From positions 1 through 10,693 of the forward strand of contig JASLZZ010000095.1 of the NCBI GenBank assembly GCA_030754595.1: a stretch of 10,693 bases of DNA. Reading direction: 5' to 3'. Below, piece by piece: positions 7,569-10,693 of this stretch. Numbering within the stretch: the first letter of the stretch is position 1; every line of letters begins with the position of its first letter. Position numbers and translations under genes: made by a program. The DNA comes from Nitrospinota bacterium. GTDB taxonomy: Bacteria; UBA8248. The notes under the pieces were generated by a model. The model was not told where the DNA came from. It made no database searches and saw nothing but the letters and a program-made list of their open reading frames with translations.

Positions 7569-8507
7569 TCAATATACCAGCGTCAGTCCCTTTTCATAGG
7601 CCTCGTCGTTTCCGCGCACGGCGGTGAAGAACACGTCCTGAATCTGGCGGGTCAGCGGGCCCGGTTCGCCCTTCCCCACTGCGACTCGGTCCACCGTGAC
7701 GATGGGGGTGACCTCCTCGCCCGAGCCGCACATGATCGCCTCGTCGGCGACATAAAGCTCGGTCCGGTCGAGGGGCCGCTCGGTGACGGGCTTGCCGATA
7801 TATTTTCCGTACATCTCGAGAACACACGAGCGCGTGATGCTCTCAAGGATGCTTTCCGTCACGGGCGGGGCGATGAGTTCGCCCTCCCGAATCGCCAGGA
7901 CGCAGGCGCCCGTCGCTTCGGCCACCTTCCCGCTTTGATTGAGAATAAGGGCGTCGTCATAGCCGTTAACGCGGGCTTCCACCCCGGCGAAGCGGCTGTT
8001 CTGGTAGTTGGCGGCGGCCTTCACGCGAGGCGGAATGCTGTCATCCGAGATGCGCCGCCAACTGCTCACCCCGAGATTGACCCCGTTCTTCAGGCGCTCG
8101 GGGGCCTTGCGCGGCCCGCCGGAGATGAACATCCCGGCCTCCACCTCGGCGGAGCCGTATCCTTTCATGTCGAGGCCGCCGGCGTCTTCGAGATAGATGA
8201 AAAGCCGGCAGTGCATGTCTTCACGGAAATCGTTCGCACGGATCCACTCGACAACCGCCTCCCGCATCTCCTCGCGGCTGTGGGGCGGATCAATCCGCAT
8301 GACTTTCATACTGTCGAACAGGCGGTCGAGGTGCGGATCGAGCATCCACACGAAAAGGTTTTCGCGCTCGGCGCCCCAGTAGGCGCGGAGCCCTTCGTAG
8401 ACACTCCCGCCCCGGAGGACGGCCTGTGAAAACACGCTGATCTTGGCCTCCTCGGGGGGAACAATCTTTCCGTTCAACCAGACCTTGTGTTGCTCGTATT
8501 TGGGCAT
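7569..8507 (-). CDS. PLP-dependent fold-type IV aminotransferase (IlvE/branched-chain aminotransferase-like)
   Basis: WLNGKIVP, YEGLRAY, HLDRL..S, catalytic Lys in PPRVKAAANY, GYDDALIL, AE, ILESITR, ADE...GS..EVTPI..VD, G.PGP.T. Confidence 0.93.
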   Translation of the reverse strand: MPKYEQHKVWLNGKIVPPEEAKISVFSQAVLRGGSVYEGLRAYWGAERENLFVWMLDPHLDRLFDSMKVMRIDPPHSREEMREAVVEWIRANDFREDMHCRLFIYLEDAGGLDMKGYGSAEVEAGMFISGGPRKAPERLKNGVNLGVSSWRRISDDSIPPRVKAAANYQNSRFAGVEARVNGYDDALILNQSGKVAEATGACVLAIREGELIAPPVTESILESITRSCVLEMYGKYIGKPVTERPLDRTELYVADEAIMCGSGEEVTPIVTVDRVAVGKGEPGPLTRQIQDVFFTAVRGNDEAYEKGLTLVY

Positions 8508-8572
8508 TTCGCACTTTCCCTCGTGGAAGATGACTTCAAACCGTCAATAAGTTTGGATGCCGGACAAACCGA

Positions 8573-8601
8573 ACAGTAGGAATCCGCGAAACCCCTGTCA
8601 A
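8573..8601 (-). promoter_or_regulatory. Sigma70-type promoter for the aminotransferase gene
   Basis: Minus strand TTGACA (8601-8596), 17 bp spacer, TACTGT (8578-8573), about 65 nt upstream of ATG 8507. Confidence 0.75.
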
Positions 8602-8727
8602 GGACCGTCCCGGTCCAGGCCGCCCAGGCGGGGGTCCCGGACCAATAGGTCTCAGACTTGATCATCTCGGACCAGAAGGTCCAGGCAGGGGCCTCCCCTC
8701 GGTTGGGAACGATCGGGAAGGGACAGG

Positions 8728-9441
8728 TCAGAGATACCGCTGAAAAAGGACCATCATCCCGAGGGTGAGGCTGACGATGAGGCCGACCGACGGGCGCCCG
8801 GCGTTCTCGTAGGACTCAGGCAAAAGTTCCAGGAAAACCATGAAGACCATCGCCCCGGCGGAGAACCCGAGACCGTAGGGCAGGAACGGCCGAAACGTCT
8901 CAACGAAAAGAAAGGCGGGAACCGCCATGATGGGCTGAGGGCCCGAGGAAAATATACTCCAAAGGGCGCAGGAGAGAACTCCCGCCCCTTTCGGGCGCAT
9001 AACGGCGCTGATGGCCAGGCCCTCGGGAATATTGTGGACCGCGATGGCGATGGTGATGAGGGCCGCCAGCTTCTCTCCGCCGCCGAAGGTGACGCCCACG
9101 GCCACCCCTTCGGTAAAGGAGTGGACCGTCATCACCGCGACGATCAGGAAAATTTTCCGCGCGTCGGCCCCCCGGATGTCTCCGAAACTCACATTCGCCC
9201 CGTGGAGCATCCGGTGCGAAAGAGAAATGAACAAAACACCTGCGCCGGCCCCGATAAAGGTCTGAAGCGATCCGTAGGCGGACCCTTCGGTGAAGAGGCC
9301 AAAGCTCGCTCCGAGCATCAGCCCGGCCGCGGCGGCGCTCGCCCAGGCCACCACGCGCGGCGACAGATCGCGCACGAACGCAAAGGGAACCGCGCCGAGC
9401 CCCGTCGCCAGGGCGGTGATGCTTCCTAAGATAAAAACCAA
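8728..9441 (-). CDS. ZIP family (ZupT/GufA-like) divalent metal transporter
   Basis: ATGLGA.P, AAGLMLGASF, TM4 HSFTEGVAVG, TM5 HNIPEGLA, F.AGAM......ELLPE. Start uncertain (TTG 9441; see findings). Confidence 0.92.
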   Translation of the reverse strand: MVFILGSITALATGLGAVPFAFVRDLSPRVVAWASAAAAGLMLGASFGLFTEGSAYGSLQTFIGAGAGVLFISLSHRMLHGANVSFGDIRGADARKIFLIVAVMTVHSFTEGVAVGVTFGGGEKLAALITIAIAVHNIPEGLAISAVMRPKGAGVLSCALWSIFSSGPQPIMAVPAFLFVETFRPFLPYGLGFSAGAMVFMVFLELLPESYENAGRPSVGLIVSLTLGMMVLFQRYL

Positions 9442-9501
9442 CCAGACCGGATCCTTCCTTACCTCCCTGGCGGGCCCGCGGAGGCTCTATTCCAGGCGGG
9501 T

Positions 9502-10246
9502 CTAGTGCCAAAGACCCTCGAGGAGCACCATCCCACCAGCCGAAAAACTGACGAGCAGGGCGATACGCGTATGATCCCCGCCCCGGTAGGAGGCGGGGAG
9601 GAGCTCGGTCAGGACCAGATAGGCCATCGCCCCGGCCACGAATCCTGCTGCCCAAGGCAAGAGGGCGGAGGCGGCGGAAATGACGGCGAACGAAACAATT
9701 GCCAGGAGCATCTGCGGCACATTGGTAAAAACGCCGAGGCCCGCCGCCTGGGCGAAGGAGACTTTCCGTTTCTCGAGCACCCAGGTCAGCGCCATCGCCT
9801 CGGCGGCGTTGTGGACGGCCAGCGATAGGGCTATGAATACGCCCAGCCGCAGGCTGAGCGCCATGGCGGCGCCGATGGCGACGCCCTCCGAGGCCGAATG
9901 CAAGCTGTTCAGGAGGATGAGGCGGTACTCCTGGGCAAGCCGATCCGGGCCTCGGGGAGGGTATCGATTTACTCGGTGCCCGAAAGTCGGTGGGTCCAGA
10001 AGGTGTAGGCCACCCCGAAGGCCGCGCCCAGGATCGGCGGAAGCGGCAAGGCGCCGCCAATCACCTCGGCCATGAGGATATAGCCCGAGCCGAGCATCAG
10101 ACCCGACGCCAGGGTAGTCATGCATCCCATCCAGGAGGGGCGAGTTCCGCCCGGAAAAGCGGCCGGCACGGCCCCTAAGGCCGCCGCCGCGGCCGCCAGA
10201 GCGGAGAAAAAAAAACCACTGTCAAGATGGGTTCCGGAGGGTTCAT
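9502..10246 (-). pseudogene. Second ZIP family transporter, split across three reading frames
   Basis: ATG 10246 MNPPEPILTVVFF, shift at T9 (10207-10215), then SALAAAAAALGAVP...ASGLMLGSGY...LSGTE* (TAA 9971-9969), then another frame QEYRLILLNSLHSASEGVAIG...HNAAEA...FVAGAMAYLVLTELLP to TAG 9502. Confidence 0.85.
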
Positions 10247-10354
10247 CGGCCGGAGATCCAGTGCGTCATCGAGATTGGGCGGGGACGTTTCCCATTCGGC
10301 ACAGCATACATTATTCACCCCCCGAGGGCGCGAGGGCGGGAACCGGCAATGCGC

Positions 10355-10383
10355 TTGACGGGCCACCGGCGAAGGGCTAAATT
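10355..10383 (+). promoter_or_regulatory. Sigma70 promoter of tRNA-Glu with GC-rich discriminator
   Basis: TTGACG (10355-10360), 17 bp spacer, TAAATT (10378-10383), followed by CGCCGCG; 40 nt upstream of the tRNA. Confidence 0.8.
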
Positions 10384-10423
10384 CGCCGCGGGTTGAGGGC
10401 GTATCAACCGCCCGCCTCGCCGC

Positions 10424-10498
10424 GGCCCCATCGTCTAGCGGTTAGGACACAGGCCTCTCAAGCCTGGAACGGGGGTTCAAGTCCCCCTGGGGTCACCA
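10424..10498 (+). tRNA. tRNA-Glu (anticodon CTC)
   Basis: Acceptor stem GGCCCCA/TGGGGTC, D arm GTCTAGCGGTTAGGAC, anticodon stem CAGGC/GCCTG with loop CTCTCAA (CTC 10457-10459), T arm GGGGG-TTCAAGT-CCCCC, encoded CCA 10496-10498. Confidence 0.98.
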
Positions 10499-10693
10499 AG
10501 TTAACCCCTGTTGAGCGGGCAACTCTCAGACTTATAACGACATCCCGCTCCCACGGCCTGCCATTTGATTTCTGCTTGGGGCCAAGTTCTATTCGGTCGA
10601 TGATTTCCCTGATTAGACTCCTCTGCTCATAGATAGTTCCTGCTGATGCGGTGTCCTCAAACCGGTCCAGCAAATCCCTAAAATACGAATCGG
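10458..10693 (-). CDS. C-terminus of a probable large serine recombinase/integrase (5'-partial, open to the window edge)
   Basis: Frame open from 10691: DSYFRDLLDRFEDTASAGTIYEQRSLIREIIDRIEL...VTPGGLEPPFQA*. E.R.LI..II.RI.(L/V) resembles the end of large serine recombinases; the gene converges on and overlaps the tRNA 3' half. The catalytic domain is not visible. Confidence 0.62.
   Translation of the reverse strand, partial: DSYFRDLLDRFEDTASAGTIYEQRSLIREIIDRIELGPKQKSNGRPWERDVVISLRVARSTGVNLVTPGGLEPPFQA
10499..10693. mobile_element. Boundary of an integrated element (prophage/ICE/genomic island) at tRNA-Glu
   Basis: Recombinase-like ORF adjoining the tRNA 3' end, and visibly lower GC right after the CCA than in the upstream genes. 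Confidence 0.6.

Noticed and set aside
4609..8507. Leucine biosynthesis operon (leuCD + ilvE)
   Set aside because: No leuA or leuB, the transaminase is on the opposite strand with its own promoter, and specificity motifs deviate from canonical enzymes. Not excluded biochemically, but unsupported.
8508..8570. Riboswitch or attenuator in the aminotransferase leader (short stems, CGGTTTG twice)
   Set aside because: Leader is only about 60 nt, stems are 4-5 bp, no leader peptide or recognisable aptamer.
9502..10125. 207-aa ORF as an intact gene
   Set aside because: Its first ~60 residues are out-of-frame sequence; the real ZIP N-terminus is in two other frames.
1..10693. CRISPR array, tandem repeat array or rRNA
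   Set aside because: No regularly spaced direct repeats or rRNA-like sequence seen in any intergenic region.

Overview
GC-rich bacterial chromosomal segment bracketed by mobile DNA. Left end (1-900) is a graveyard: the 3' end of an IS5-family transposase (absent from the ORF track) abuts a broken type III polyketide synthase remnant, which is fused tail-to-tail to a 5'-truncated CapA/PGA_cap metallophosphatase remnant. Next come a cold-shock protein and a convergent DUF992 exported protein sharing a bidirectional terminator. The centre is an enzyme cluster: a divergent M19 dipeptidase-like gene with an apparent premature TGA, a close D-tartrate dehydratase (TarD) homologue, a LeuC/LeuD-type hydro-lyase pair with atypical motifs, an M29-like metallopeptidase and a convergent fold-type IV aminotransferase with non-canonical specificity residues. 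These may form an undescribed catabolic module, but this is inference. Right end: two tandem ZIP transporter genes (one broken, one possibly lacking its ATG), tRNA-Glu(CTC) with a canonical promoter, and the C-terminus of a probable large serine recombinase running antisense into the tRNA, marking an integrated element. All family calls are from motif recognition; no searches were run.
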